Origin: an uncultured Pseudobdellovibrionaceae bacterium
GTDB taxonomy: Bacteria > Bdellovibrionota > Bdellovibrionia > Bdellovibrionales > UBA1609
Direction: 5' to 3'
NCBI GenBank assembly: GCA_964502735.1
Contig: CAZCYD010000002.1
Location: 74,218 to 138,217, forward strand
Length of the DNA: 64,000 bases
The notes beneath the pieces are model-generated. The model did not search any database and was not told where the DNA came from. It was given only the letters and a program-made list of their open reading frames with translations. The position numbers and the translations under genes are program-made. Shown in pieces: positions 55,224 to 64,000 of the stretch; the first letter of the stretch is position 1; every line of letters starts with the position of its first letter.

Positions 55224-55281
55224 GATGTTAGATGTAGGATTTTAGAATCCAACATCCAACATCCAACATCCAACATCCAAA
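55224..55281. repeat. Heptamer array: ATCCAAC x4 plus one imperfect copy, preceded by ~2.5 inverted degenerate copies (15/17-bp hairpin-capable)
   Basis: ATCCAAC at 55247, 55254, 55261 and 55268, and ATCCAAA at 55275. GATGTTAGATGTAGGAT (55224-55240) is the imperfect reverse complement of 55247-55263. Confidence 0.9.
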
Positions 55282-55365
55282 ATCTATAAAATTTAAAATC
55301 TTCAAACTAGATTCTTTACGTTGAAACATCTTGAATTTCTCACATTCTGAGGTACTTTACAGCTC

Positions 55366-56112
55366 ATGGATGCTGCAATTCTCACTATTGGTACAGAAAT
55401 TACAAGTGGAGAAATCATTAATCGCAACGCAGCAGATCTTGCTAGAAAACTCGAAGATCTCAACATTCATTGTTTGTTGCACATTTCAGTTCCAGACGAC
55501 AGAAAAAAAATAGCTAAGGCATTTAGATTTGCAAGGGAGCAGGCTTCTATTTTGATGTTCACTGGCGGACTAGGACCTACATCTGACGATTTGACCCGTG
55601 AAGTAATTGCTGATGAGTTGGGTCTAGAGCTTTGTTTAGACAAGGCTACCTATGAAGAGTTAGCAGAAAAGTTTAAAGCTATGAATAGACGCCTAGCTGC
55701 TGGCCATAAAAACCAGTGCTCCTTTCCTATTGGTGCTCAGAAGTTTAAAAATCCGAAGGGTCACGCCATGGCATTTTTAGTTCAAAAGGATCATCTTCGG
55801 GTGTATGCTCTTCCTGGGCCGCCAGTAGAAATTGAAGCCGTTTGGGAAGCTGGAGTTGCGGATGATCTTAAATCTCTCGGTATACAACCCCAACGTCGGT
55901 TGTATAAATGGACTTTTGAAGGGTTGGGAGAGTCTGAAATTGCAGAAGTCACCGAGAGAATCTTCAACGGCTCTGGCTTTTGTTTAGGTTACAGAGCTCA
56001 TCGACCACAAGTTATTGTTAAAGTATGGGTTCCGTTGGAGTTAGACAGCACAAAGAAAATCTATTTCGAAGCTTTTGAAAGGGAGTTGCAATCTTGGCTA
56101 TCAAAACAATAA
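55366..56112 (+). CDS. cinA: CinA-family protein (MoCF-biosynthesis-like N-terminal domain)
   Basis: AAILTIGTEITSGEIINRNA...FTGGLGPTSDDLTREV pattern. Length 248 aa. Confidence 0.75.
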   Translation: MDAAILTIGTEITSGEIINRNAADLARKLEDLNIHCLLHISVPDDRKKIAKAFRFAREQASILMFTGGLGPTSDDLTREVIADELGLELCLDKATYEELAEKFKAMNRRLAAGHKNQCSFPIGAQKFKNPKGHAMAFLVQKDHLRVYALPGPPVEIEAVWEAGVADDLKSLGIQPQRRLYKWTFEGLGESEIAEVTERIFNGSGFCLGYRAHRPQVIVKVWVPLELDSTKKIYFEAFERELQSWLSKQ

Positions 56113-56194
56113 GCATACACAACTTTTGTCTAGGTCTCAAATTTGTAAATCAAAACCTATTATGGCTAGGCTCTTCCTCCGATAATTATATTGT

Positions 56195-57826
56195 ATGTAT
56201 TTAACTCACTCCTCTTTTACTTATGCTATCGCGGGGATTGCCTTTTTTATGTTTGGCATGGGGTTGGCCAGCGAGAGCTTGCAGAAAATAGCTGCAAATC
56301 GAATAACTGAACTTTTAGGAAAGGTTTCTAATCGACCCTTTATTGGAGTCTTAGTTGGGATTTTTTTGACAGTTATTATTCAGAGCTCAGGTGCTGTAAC
56401 AAGTATGTTGGTAGGGTTGGCCACAGCCGGAGTCGTTAAGCTGGCTCAGGTTATGAGTCTTATTATTGGAACAACAATTGGTACGACAATTACGGTTCAA
56501 ATTTTAAGTTTGAATATTGCTCAATATGGTCTGCCTGTTTTTGCCTTAGCTTTTACAATCTATTTTTTGACCAAACACAGAATACTTAAATATATCATGC
56601 AGGTTTTTATGGGGTTTGGTTTAATTTTTTGGGGCTTAGAGTTAATTAGTCTGGGGACTAGTGAGTTAAAAAATATGGCCTACTTTTCTCAGTCCCTGCA
56701 AATGTTTAAAGACAATCCCTTATTAACTATTGGTGTGGCTTCAGTTTTTACAGCTATAGTTCACAGTTCGGCCGTAACAATAGGGTTTATTATGACTCTT
56801 GCAATGAGTGGAGATTTAACACTGGTAGACTCATTGTATTGGGTTTATGGAGCCAATATTGGAACAACAGCCACAGCATTATTGGCTTCTGCTGGAGGCA
56901 ATGCTGTGGGAAAGCAAGTGGCTCTTGCACATTTTCTTTATAAGCTTGTCAGCGTCGCTATTTTTTACTTTTTTACGGATCATTTCGCTGCCTTAGTATT
57001 TGGAGAAACTCCGATGAGAGAAGTTGCAAACTCTCATGCCATTTTTAATATCGTAGCCGCTATATTGTTTTATCCATTTATCAATTGGGGCGTGAAGTTT
57101 ATTGAAACTCTTATTCCCAAAGAAGTGAATGAGTTTGGTGCAAAATACTTAGATCGAAGTCACTTTGAGAATTCTTCTGTGGCCTTAGCACATGCCCATA
57201 GGGAGGCCATGAGAATGGCGGACATAGTCGTCACTATGGTTAGAGATTCTATAATTCTTTTTGAAAGAGAAAGCGAAGAAATGCAATCCAGTATAAAAAA
57301 GCGAGATAGTAAGGTGGATATGTTGAATCGAGAAATTAACTTATTTTTGAGTCAGCTGGTAGATTCTCCAAGTGAGATCACTCAAGATATTTATAGAATT
57401 ATGAGTTTTGTAACAGACATGGAAACAGTTGGGGATGTTATTGATAATACCTTGTCTGAATTGGCAAAAAAGAAACACGCACTTAAATTGAGTTTTAGTG
57501 ATGAAGGCTGGGAAGAGTTAAAGCACATGCACATGAAAGTGTTAGAGGCTGCAGAGATGTCTATTAGTGCCTTTCACCTTAAAGATGTCGATTTAGGTTC
57601 GAAGGTTATTTTTTTAAAAAGAGAAATTCGGAAGTTAGAAAAAAAATTGAGACAAAAGCATCTTGAGCGATTAGTTCTGCAAAAAGAGGCCACCATAAAT
57701 ACTAGCGCAATTCATCTTGACACATTAAGTGAATACCGACGCATCACGGGTTTGGTTTGCAATCATGTCTACAGTCTATTGAAAGAAAGTGACAGGTATA
57801 ATATTCTTCCCAGAAAAGAAACTTAA
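56195..57826 (+). CDS. Na+/phosphate cotransporter-family protein with a C-terminal PhoU-like domain
   Basis: Duplicated Na_Pi_cotrans motifs (IIQSSGAVTSMLVGLA and IVHSSAVTIGFIM), followed by a helical PhoU-like C-terminus. Length 543 aa. Confidence 0.85.
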   Translation: MYLTHSSFTYAIAGIAFFMFGMGLASESLQKIAANRITELLGKVSNRPFIGVLVGIFLTVIIQSSGAVTSMLVGLATAGVVKLAQVMSLIIGTTIGTTITVQILSLNIAQYGLPVFALAFTIYFLTKHRILKYIMQVFMGFGLIFWGLELISLGTSELKNMAYFSQSLQMFKDNPLLTIGVASVFTAIVHSSAVTIGFIMTLAMSGDLTLVDSLYWVYGANIGTTATALLASAGGNAVGKQVALAHFLYKLVSVAIFYFFTDHFAALVFGETPMREVANSHAIFNIVAAILFYPFINWGVKFIETLIPKEVNEFGAKYLDRSHFENSSVALAHAHREAMRMADIVVTMVRDSIILFERESEEMQSSIKKRDSKVDMLNREINLFLSQLVDSPSEITQDIYRIMSFVTDMETVGDVIDNTLSELAKKKHALKLSFSDEGWEELKHMHMKVLEAAEMSISAFHLKDVDLGSKVIFLKREIRKLEKKLRQKHLERLVLQKEATINTSAIHLDTLSEYRRITGLVCNHVYSLLKESDRYNILPRKET

Positions 57827-57827
57827 T

Positions 57828-57865
57828 ACCCAAATCTTGACGCATTTTATCCGCAGATCTGGGCT
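57828..57865. repeat. REP-like family copy filling the gap between convergent genes
   Basis: ACCCAAATCT-TGACGCATTTTATCCGC-AGATCTGGGCT, with one stem mismatch. It lies between stop codons at 57824-57826 (+) and 57864-57866 (-). Confidence 0.8.
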
Positions 57866-59729
57866 AATATTGTATCTGTCGGTAGAGCTGATAGTTGCCA
57901 GCGCCAGACAGAGACCTGACTTCAATTAGATAGTATCCAGGAGCGCCAAAGTAGTTAATTTTCTCATTAGACTTTGTGCCAATAGATCTTGCGACTTCAA
58001 TCCAATCTGAGCCACTCCATCTGTACAGATGCAAGTCAAAATTAGTATTTACTGGTCCTTCAAGAGTATAGTTGTGTGTGGAACTCTTCAGAGTTTGATA
58101 ATAGTTCCCATTTGGTTGGTACTGGCGATCACCACTGTGGTTGAGGACACCGCTAAATATTTCACAAACGGGGCAAGGGTTAGGCGGTTGTTGAGTAGAT
58201 AGGGCGTAATTAGCAACTAATTGTAAATTGGAATATGAGGAATAAGCGCGAATCATAATGTGATACTCGCCCTCATTTGGATTAACAAAATTGCAAGTTT
58301 CTTCGTTTCCATTTTTGTAAGGGCGACAATCGTATTGATTAAGTGTGGGTGAGAGTCCACTTTTTACATAAAGATCAGCGTCGCCCGCTCCTCCAAAGAT
58401 GCGAACCTCTAAACTTGTAACACCAGAAGGTAGAATTAAGCGATAGTGAAGTTCTTCTCCACGAGGGCTTGAAGTTATTTTTTTGTTTACACCATTTTGA
58501 AGTACATTGTTTTCTAGATCTAACTCTTGCCCAATAAAAGCCGTGTTGAGCATACGATTGGGGGAACTAAGGACCTGACTTAATTTGTCTTTAACAGAAT
58601 TCGTGATGATAGATGATGAGACTTCATTTGGATTAGCTTGAGGACGAATAGACATGAACATTGCGGTAACCCCGGCTACATGTGGGGCGGCCATGGATGT
58701 TCCACTAAGTGTTGCGGTCGCATTATTGGAATTGTACCAGGCTGAAAGAATATCACTTCCCGGCGCAAAAATATCAACACAGTTTCCATGATTTGAAAAT
58801 GACGATCGCCGGTCTTGGGAATCAGTGCTTCCTACAGTTATGGCCTCTGTTATTCTTGCTGGAGAGCTGTTACAGGCATTGGTGTTTTCGTTACCTGCGG
58901 CAACAACATAAATTATTCCATTCGAAATAGAGGCTCTAATCGCATCATCTAAGGCTTGAGAAGCCGGTCCACCAAGGCTCATATTTGCGATTGCGGGTTT
59001 GGTGTGATTAGCTGTCACCCACTCAACTCCAGCTATAACAGAAGAGTAGGTTCCTGAGCCTACACAATCGAGCACTCTAATTCCGTAGAGTTTTACTTTT
59101 TTTGCAACTCCATATCTTTTACCACCGATTGTTCCAGCGACGTGGGTTCCGTGTCCATTGCAATCTGTGGCATCCCGATCAGAATCAACTGTGTCTACTC
59201 CATGAAAGGCCCGGCCTTCAAAGTCTGTGTGGGTTGTTAAGATGCCTGTATCTATTACGTATACATTTACATTTGAAGCTTCGGACTTAAATTCGTATGT
59301 CTGGTTAAGTGGGAGGCTCTCTTGATCTATACGATCTAAGCCCCATGTAGGATTTATTTGTGTGTTATTCAGGGATATTTTTTGATCTTTTTCAATATAA
59401 GCCACGCGAGGGTCTTTGGCTAGAATTTCCGATTGCTCTTTTGTTAATTTCATTAACCCACCCATTATTGTTAAATGAAAGGAGTGGACAACTTCGGAAT
59501 GGCTCAAAGTAGATAAATCATTAAGGGTGGAAACAACAAGGTCTTTCTGAGCTAAATTGTGTTGGTTTTGAACAAATAAAGATTGTATATGAGATTTTTT
59601 AAGAACCACAATATAGTCAGATTTAACTTGTGAGTTATTAAATGTATCTGAGTTTTTAAAATCATTCGTACAATTTGTTAAAAAAATAACTGCAAAAGTT
59701 GCGAGTAATAATACTTTTATTTTAAACAA
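57864..59729 (-). CDS. Proteinase-K-like S8 serine protease with an N-terminal I9 propeptide and two C-terminal PPC-like domains
   Basis: VYVIDTGI (Asp), [12 protein letters not shown] (His), [13 protein letters not shown] (Ser). LTNC lipobox. Two ~100-aa C-terminal repeats carry the DADLYV / FDLHLY patterns. Confidence 0.9.
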   Translation of the reverse strand: MFKIKVLLLATFAVIFLTNCTNDFKNSDTFNNSQVKSDYIVVLKKSHIQSLFVQNQHNLAQKDLVVSTLNDLSTLSHSEVVHSFHLTIMGGLMKLTKEQSEILAKDPRVAYIEKDQKISLNNTQINPTWGLDRIDQESLPLNQTYEFKSEASNVNVYVIDTGILTTHTDFEGRAFHGVDTVDSDRDATDCNGHGTHVAGTIGGKRYGVAKKVKLYGIRVLDCVGSGTYSSVIAGVEWVTANHTKPAIANMSLGGPASQALDDAIRASISNGIIYVVAAGNENTNACNSSPARITEAITVGSTDSQDRRSSFSNHGNCVDIFAPGSDILSAWYNSNNATATLSGTSMAAPHVAGVTAMFMSIRPQANPNEVSSSIITNSVKDKLSQVLSSPNRMLNTAFIGQELDLENNVLQNGVNKKITSSPRGEELHYRLILPSGVTSLEVRIFGGAGDADLYVKSGLSPTLNQYDCRPYKNGNEETCNFVNPNEGEYHIMIRAYSSYSNLQLVANYALSTQQPPNPCPVCEIFSGVLNHSGDRQYQPNGNYYQTLKSSTHNYTLEGPVNTNFDLHLYRWSGSDWIEVARSIGTKSNEKINYFGAPGYYLIEVRSLSGAGNYQLYRQIQY

Positions 59730-59920
59730 ATTTATCTCCTTTGATTTTCGGATTAAAACCTAACCTGAGATTAAGACGGGAACAGATTGTATAAGGGTTA
59801 GTTAAATTGTAGATATTCAGACAAAGGTCCTGGAAATAAGAAAGGGTTGGTGCTATCAAAGCTGAAATTTAATCAGAATAGATTTCTGATTATCAGCTAG
59901 AAAAATTTAATTGGCTAGAT

Positions 59921-60625
59921 TTAATTGGGAAAGTTAGGGTGCCAGGCGTATAGTAAACTCCCGTGTTGTAGTCGGCGAACTACGGATTCTGCCAATGGCA
60001 TTTCTACGGCTGGGCAACCCCAACTTCTGCCTATAAGAGATCGATCTTCTCTAACATAGTTGGCTCCGTGAATGACTATAGCTCTTCGGCGAGCCAAACT
60101 ATTGCGTTTTTCAAGACCATCAAGGCGCAATGAAAGGCCATATTTTCCATAGTAAGGCTCGGCTGTTAAATAAAAGCCAAGAGAGGTCATTTTTGAACCT
60201 GAAACATTAGAAAACGTCTGCGCATATCCTGTGTGTTGGGGGTCAGAGCCGGTGCCATGAGCAGAGAGCAGAGAGTCTACATTTCCATTTTCGAGGTTAA
60301 TAATAAACTTTCTCTTTTCGCTGGAATGAACGGAGAAGTCTATAATTGTCATATATTTTCGGTTTTTAATGTTTTTTTGATTTTGATCGTAGTAATTAAA
60401 GGCTTCTTCTAGGGCCTGGGCGGGGACGCCTTGAGCTATGACATGATCGTAAAGGCTGGAGGAGTTGAAAGTTTTTATTTCAAGCGAATCTGATGACTCC
60501 TCATCGGCAATAGATATTTCTCTGTCCCAGATTGACTCATAAGTGTCTTCCGCACAGGAAGACAATAGAATAAGACTTATCGTGATAAAACTAATTCGCA
60601 GAGGTAATAACTTTTTTAGACTCAT
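59921..60625 (-). CDS. YkuD_2-type L,D-transpeptidase catalytic-domain lipoprotein
   Basis: LLSSCAED lipobox. IVIHGANYV...GRSWGCPAV catalytic His/Cys motif. Confidence 0.75.
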   Translation of the reverse strand: MSLKKLLPLRISFITISLILLSSCAEDTYESIWDREISIADEESSDSLEIKTFNSSSLYDHVIAQGVPAQALEEAFNYYDQNQKNIKNRKYMTIIDFSVHSSEKRKFIINLENGNVDSLLSAHGTGSDPQHTGYAQTFSNVSGSKMTSLGFYLTAEPYYGKYGLSLRLDGLEKRNSLARRRAIVIHGANYVREDRSLIGRSWGCPAVEMPLAESVVRRLQHGSLLYAWHPNFPN

Positions 60626-60797
60626 CTATTTAGGCTAACTGAAAATCGGGAAAAGGCTTAAGCTAGAACAGGAAAACTAGACCTTTATCTAGATTGGTTT
60701 TCATTAAGCGGGGCTTGCACTTGTCTGAATAGAGGCTTGTTTGGGCGTGCATAGAGGGCTTGGTTTCCAGATTTAGTATTAAAAATCTCAAGGAAAT

Positions 60798-61643
60798 TTA
60801 TTTTTCTTCTAGAACCTTGTCTAAAATGTTTTTTATTTCAATAAACTGTTCAAAGTTATTATGTTTTTTATAACCATTTATAAGAATTTGAGATTTTTTT
60901 ATAATTTCTTGCGTTGTAAGGTCAATCTCTTCGTGCGTGAGGTTGTGGATGAGGTGTTTTAATGCAGAGAATAGAGATTTAACCCTCCAATAATCCATAG
61001 CCACGTACTTTCTAGACAGTTGGTCTTGGTGACCTCCGTATTTATTCAATAGTGGTTTATCAATATAACCGGCCTCGTATTTTGAAAAAATCTTAAGCCA
61101 AAGATCGTAGTCTTCACATGCGGGAAAAGATTCCTCAAACCCCCCGAACTCTTCGAAGATGTCTTTGTGGAGAGTTGAAGCTGACGGACTTACACAACAA
61201 AGCGGTACACACCGAGTGTATATTCTACCCCCGTATTTTTTGTGTTTATTTTTGGCATTGACTCTGACTCCATTTCGAATCCAAATCTCATTACAGTGAA
61301 CGAACTTTATTTCTGGGTTTTTCTCAATATACGAAGCTTGGTTTTCAAGTTTGTCCTTTAGCCATTCGTCATCTGAGTCTAAAAAAGCTAACCAAGAATA
61401 GTTTGAATTTCTAACTCCTACATTTCGACTAAAGCTAACCCCCGAATTTTTGGGGTTTCTAATGTAGTGGATTTGGTTATAGCAATAGCTTTTTACAACA
61501 CCCTCTGTTTCATCAGTGGACCCATCGTCAACTACAATTAACTCCCAGTGGGGGTAAGTTTGGTAAGCTATAGAATCTATGGCTCTTTTTAGGCTTTGCG
61601 CACGATTGTATGTGGGAATGATTATGCTAAAACTAATAGGCAT
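60798..61643 (-). CDS. Family-2 glycosyltransferase
   Basis: FSIIIPTYNRAQSL, VVDDGSTD and LDSDDEW motifs. Length 281 aa. Confidence 0.88.
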   Translation of the reverse strand: MPISFSIIIPTYNRAQSLKRAIDSIAYQTYPHWELIVVDDGSTDETEGVVKSYCYNQIHYIRNPKNSGVSFSRNVGVRNSNYSWLAFLDSDDEWLKDKLENQASYIEKNPEIKFVHCNEIWIRNGVRVNAKNKHKKYGGRIYTRCVPLCCVSPSASTLHKDIFEEFGGFEESFPACEDYDLWLKIFSKYEAGYIDKPLLNKYGGHQDQLSRKYVAMDYWRVKSLFSALKHLIHNLTHEEIDLTTQEIIKKSQILINGYKKHNNFEQFIEIKNILDKVLEEK

Positions 61644-61898
61644 GTTCCTTCTTTATGCATATTCCAAGTCTTATTTTCAATCCTTATCTTTAACTTCTAT
61701 ATATCTTTACTCTCTATACACTTTCTATACACTCTCTCTACATGGATATGCTGCACACAAGCTTTAGTCTGTTGACATTTGAATAGAGGGTATTCGCCGA
61801 GAGAGGTGCCCTCATTCATTATTATAGTGAGTAAAAAGTTCCAAAAACTAGGCCATTTCATTGATTTTTTTTGCAAAAAAATCTAGTAATAGTTGCTT

Positions 61899-62843
61899 AT
61901 GCAATTTGAAGGATCGGAAAAAAAATTAGAAGTTGTCTTTTCAGCATCTGTTGGCGACCTGAGGGATAAGGGGCTGGGCTTTTGGCAGTTATTAGTGAGT
62001 TCAGCCAAGGCTCAAATCCTTTCAAGCATGAGGGGGGAGAACTGTGAGGCTTATTTGTTGTCTGAATCCAGTCTTTTCGTTTGGAGCGACAGATTAACCT
62101 TGATCACTTGTGGTCAAACCACTTTAGTTGAAGCTATTAAGTTTATTCTTAAGTCCTTCAATCTGACTCAAATCCGATCACTAATATTTCAGAGAAAAAA
62201 TGAGTATTTCCCGTATTATCAACCTTCCAACTTTTTTGAAGACGTTCGAGAGTTAAATTTACATATCGATGGAAAGTCTTTGAGGTTTGGAGGAGCCGAT
62301 GAGCATCATCTTTTTTTATATCATTTGAACAAGGCTTATGAACCTTTGGCCACAGATCGAACTTTAGAAGTGCTAATGTACGATCTTTCTCCTGAAACGC
62401 TTGAAATCTTCCGCTGTGGATCATTTAGTGCTTTTGAATTAAGAGAAAAAACAAGTGTTGATAAAATCTTTTCTGGTTTTAGCATCGACGACTTTGTTTT
62501 TGAGCCTTATGGTTATTCGTTAAATGCGATTCGTGGTACTGACTACTACACAATTCATGTTACACCTCAAGAGATGAGTTGTTATGTCAGCTTTGAAACA
62601 AATGCTCATATTTCAGATTTGGAACTAAAATCAACACTAAATAAAGTTATTGGAATTTTTAAGCCAAATAATTTTGACGTAGTCTTTTTTGATCCGCACA
62701 AGCTAGTTCCCCAGGATGTCGATGGATACGAACAAAAGAGTTGTGTTGAAGGGGAGCTGTCTTGTGGGTATCAAGTGTCGTTTAATCACTTCTATAAAAA
62801 AACAAATTTCCCTCAGCGCCCGGTAGAAATTAAGGAGTTTTAG
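61899..62843 (+). CDS. speD: S-adenosylmethionine decarboxylase proenzyme, eukaryotic-type (class 2)
   Basis: Matches the class-2 enzyme over its full length: N-terminal FEGSEKKLEVVF, autoprocessing site EAYLLSESSLFV, LITCGQTTL, FQRKNEYFP, TLEVLMYDL, FEPYGYSLN, YYTIHVTPQEMSCYVSFETN and FKPNNF. Confidence 0.88.
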   Translation: MQFEGSEKKLEVVFSASVGDLRDKGLGFWQLLVSSAKAQILSSMRGENCEAYLLSESSLFVWSDRLTLITCGQTTLVEAIKFILKSFNLTQIRSLIFQRKNEYFPYYQPSNFFEDVRELNLHIDGKSLRFGGADEHHLFLYHLNKAYEPLATDRTLEVLMYDLSPETLEIFRCGSFSAFELREKTSVDKIFSGFSIDDFVFEPYGYSLNAIRGTDYYTIHVTPQEMSCYVSFETNAHISDLELKSTLNKVIGIFKPNNFDVVFFDPHKLVPQDVDGYEQKSCVEGELSCGYQVSFNHFYKKTNFPQRPVEIKEF

Positions 62844-62845
62844 TC

Positions 62846-63721
62846 ATGGCACAAATTCATAAGCTTAATGGAGTTTCTTATGTGGTGGAGTTTCACCAAG
62901 ATAAATACTTACAGGGCTGGGCTTTAGATGAAGTTCTGTTTTCAGGAGAAAGTTCCTTTCAGAAAGTCGATGTAGTAAAAACCAAGTACATGGGAAATAT
63001 GCTCTTAAACGATGAGCTTGTTATGACATCTGATCGGGATGAATTTTCATATCACGAAATGATGGCTCATGTGCCATTATTTACTCACCCGAAACCAGAA
63101 CGCATTCTCATTATTGGTGGGGGAGACGGTGGAACAGCAAGGGAGGTCTTAAAACACCCCTCAGTTAAAGAATGTGTAATGGTTGAGATTGATGATATGG
63201 TAGTAAAAGCATCTCGAGACTTTATTCCTTCAACATCCTGTGAATTGGACAATCCACGACTGAAACTGATTATCGATGATGGTGTTAAATACGTAAAGGA
63301 AACGGAAAAGCACTTTGACGTAATTTTAATTGATTCAACGGATCCTATTGGCCCTGGTGCCCCACTATTTGGAGATGAATTTTATCAGAATGTGAAAAAA
63401 CTATTAAATCCTAAAGGCGTAGTTGTGGCTCAAGGAGAATGTGCGTGGATAGCTCCAAAGGCCCAGGAGGGGTTGTTAAATATTATTCGTAAAAACTTTT
63501 CAGTTGTGGGTCTTTACAATTACACCAATATTACCTATCCCGGTGGGACTTGGTCATTTACATGGGCTTCAGAAGATTTGAACCCTCGCTCCGACTTTAA
63601 AGCTGAGAGAGTTGACGAACTAAATTTAGAGTTAAGATATTATAACAAAAACCTGCATACAGCCTGTTTTTCTTTACCACAGTTTTATTATGATATGTAC
63701 GGTGATTTTTTGACTATATAA
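62846..63721 (+). CDS. speE: Spermidine synthase (aminopropyltransferase)
   Basis: ILIIGGGDGGTAREVLKH, VEIDDMV and LIDSTDPIGPGAPLF motifs. 2 nt after the speD stop. Confidence 0.92.
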   Translation: MAQIHKLNGVSYVVEFHQDKYLQGWALDEVLFSGESSFQKVDVVKTKYMGNMLLNDELVMTSDRDEFSYHEMMAHVPLFTHPKPERILIIGGGDGGTAREVLKHPSVKECVMVEIDDMVVKASRDFIPSTSCELDNPRLKLIIDDGVKYVKETEKHFDVILIDSTDPIGPGAPLFGDEFYQNVKKLLNPKGVVVAQGECAWIAPKAQEGLLNIIRKNFSVVGLYNYTNITYPGGTWSFTWASEDLNPRSDFKAERVDELNLELRYYNKNLHTACFSLPQFYYDMYGDFLTI

Positions 63722-63737
63722 ATTTTGACTATATAAA
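63708..63737 (+). promoter_or_regulatory. Perfect 15-bp tandem duplication (TTTTGACTATATAAA x2) spanning the speE stop; creates TTGACT-N16-TATAAA
   Basis: Copies at 63708-63722 and 63723-63737. TTGACT at 63710-63715 and TATAAA at 63732-63737, 29 nt upstream of the trmH ATG. Confidence 0.35.
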
Positions 63738-63765
63738 GAGTAGTAAAAAACTTTACGACAAACTG

Positions 63766-64000
63766 ATGACAAAAAAAGCTCCAAACCAAGATATTTCAAT
63801 AATAGAAAAACAGTTGCAGATACTGTTGCCATTTATTACTGAAAGTCGTTGGAATAGAATTGTAGAAATAGTTGAAAATAGAACTTATAATGTTGTACCC
63901 GTACTGGAGCATATTTACGACAGTGGAAACACGAGTGCTGTTATGAGAAGTGCTGAGGCTTTTGGCTTCTCAAAGTTTCATATTATTGAACGTCCTGATG
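63766..64000 (+). CDS. trmH: SpoU/TrmH-family RNA 2'-O-methyltransferase, N-terminal part (3' end outside the window)
   Basis: Hand translation gives MTKKAPNQDISIIEKQLQILLPFITESRWNRIVEIVENRTYNVVPVLEHIYDSGNTSAVMRSAEAFGF..., matching the TrmH N-terminal pattern (N.SA..R.A.A.G). The frame is open to the window end. Confidence 0.7.
   Translation, partial: MTKKAPNQDISIIEKQLQILLPFITESRWNRIVEIVENRTYNVVPVLEHIYDSGNTSAVMRSAEAFGFSKFHIIERPD

Noticed and set aside
668-55281. Tandem repeat arrays (668-695, 754-788, 7788-7859, 50379-50408, 55247-55281) as CRISPR arrays
   Set aside because: The units are 6-12 nt and directly abutting, with no unique spacers. No cas genes are present in the window.
1-64000. 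Recognisable anti-phage defence systems, toxin-antitoxin pairs, prophage, conjugative or secretion-system clusters
   Set aside because: I found no nuclease/ATPase/methylase combinations, no RT, TIR, SIR2 or STAND-like motifs, no phage structural genes and no small overlapping two-gene TA-like pairs. The unknown proteins nearly all carry signal peptides, which points to envelope or secreted roles rather than cytoplasmic immunity.

Overview
This is a 64-kb chromosomal segment from an AT-rich Gram-negative bacterium. I count about 58 protein-coding genes, one tRNA-Met(CAT), no rRNA, no CRISPR array and no intact mobile element. The backbone is housekeeping: hisC (partial), cmk-rpsA, sppA-HIT-mce-rhomboid, nrdR-nusB-ppsR, rsmB, pyrC, ftsY, zapA, 5-formyl-THF cyclo-ligase, rny, tyrS, erpA, a UbiB-like kinase, cinA, a Na/Pi transporter, speD-speE and trmH (partial). 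Between these sit many exported hydrolase and envelope genes. They include two S8 subtilases, two unrelated L,D-transpeptidase families, an SLT-type lytic transglycosylase, an M16 peptidase pair, a PhoD phosphatase, a secreted alpha/beta hydrolase next to a FadL-type porin, and a 984-aa metallopeptidase/beta-propeller/barrel protein. There are also several signal-peptide ORFans. This content would fit a Bdellovibrio-like predator, but that is inference only. I see no recognisable defence system, prophage or secretion-system cluster and cannot show that any locus is a new system. The items most worth follow-up are: (1) two very long near-perfect hairpin elements (168 nt and 144 nt) with GC-rich heads that bracket a two-gene glycosyltransferase cassette, the first being an inverted doublet of a ~40-nt REP-like palindrome found at four or more other intergenic sites; (2) a eukaryotic-type (class 2) S-adenosylmethionine decarboxylase coupled to speE; (3) a tRNA-Met-adjacent islet with a decayed transposase relic and a secreted-protein gene split from its signal peptide by an in-frame TGA; (4) a LysR regulator divergent from an S8 protease plus two tandem paralogous membrane-anchored proteins, with a perfect T-N11-A dyad between them; (5) several short tandem-repeat arrays in promoter or 5' regions. 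All coordinates and motifs were read by eye from the sequence, and all homology statements come from motif recognition, not database searches.
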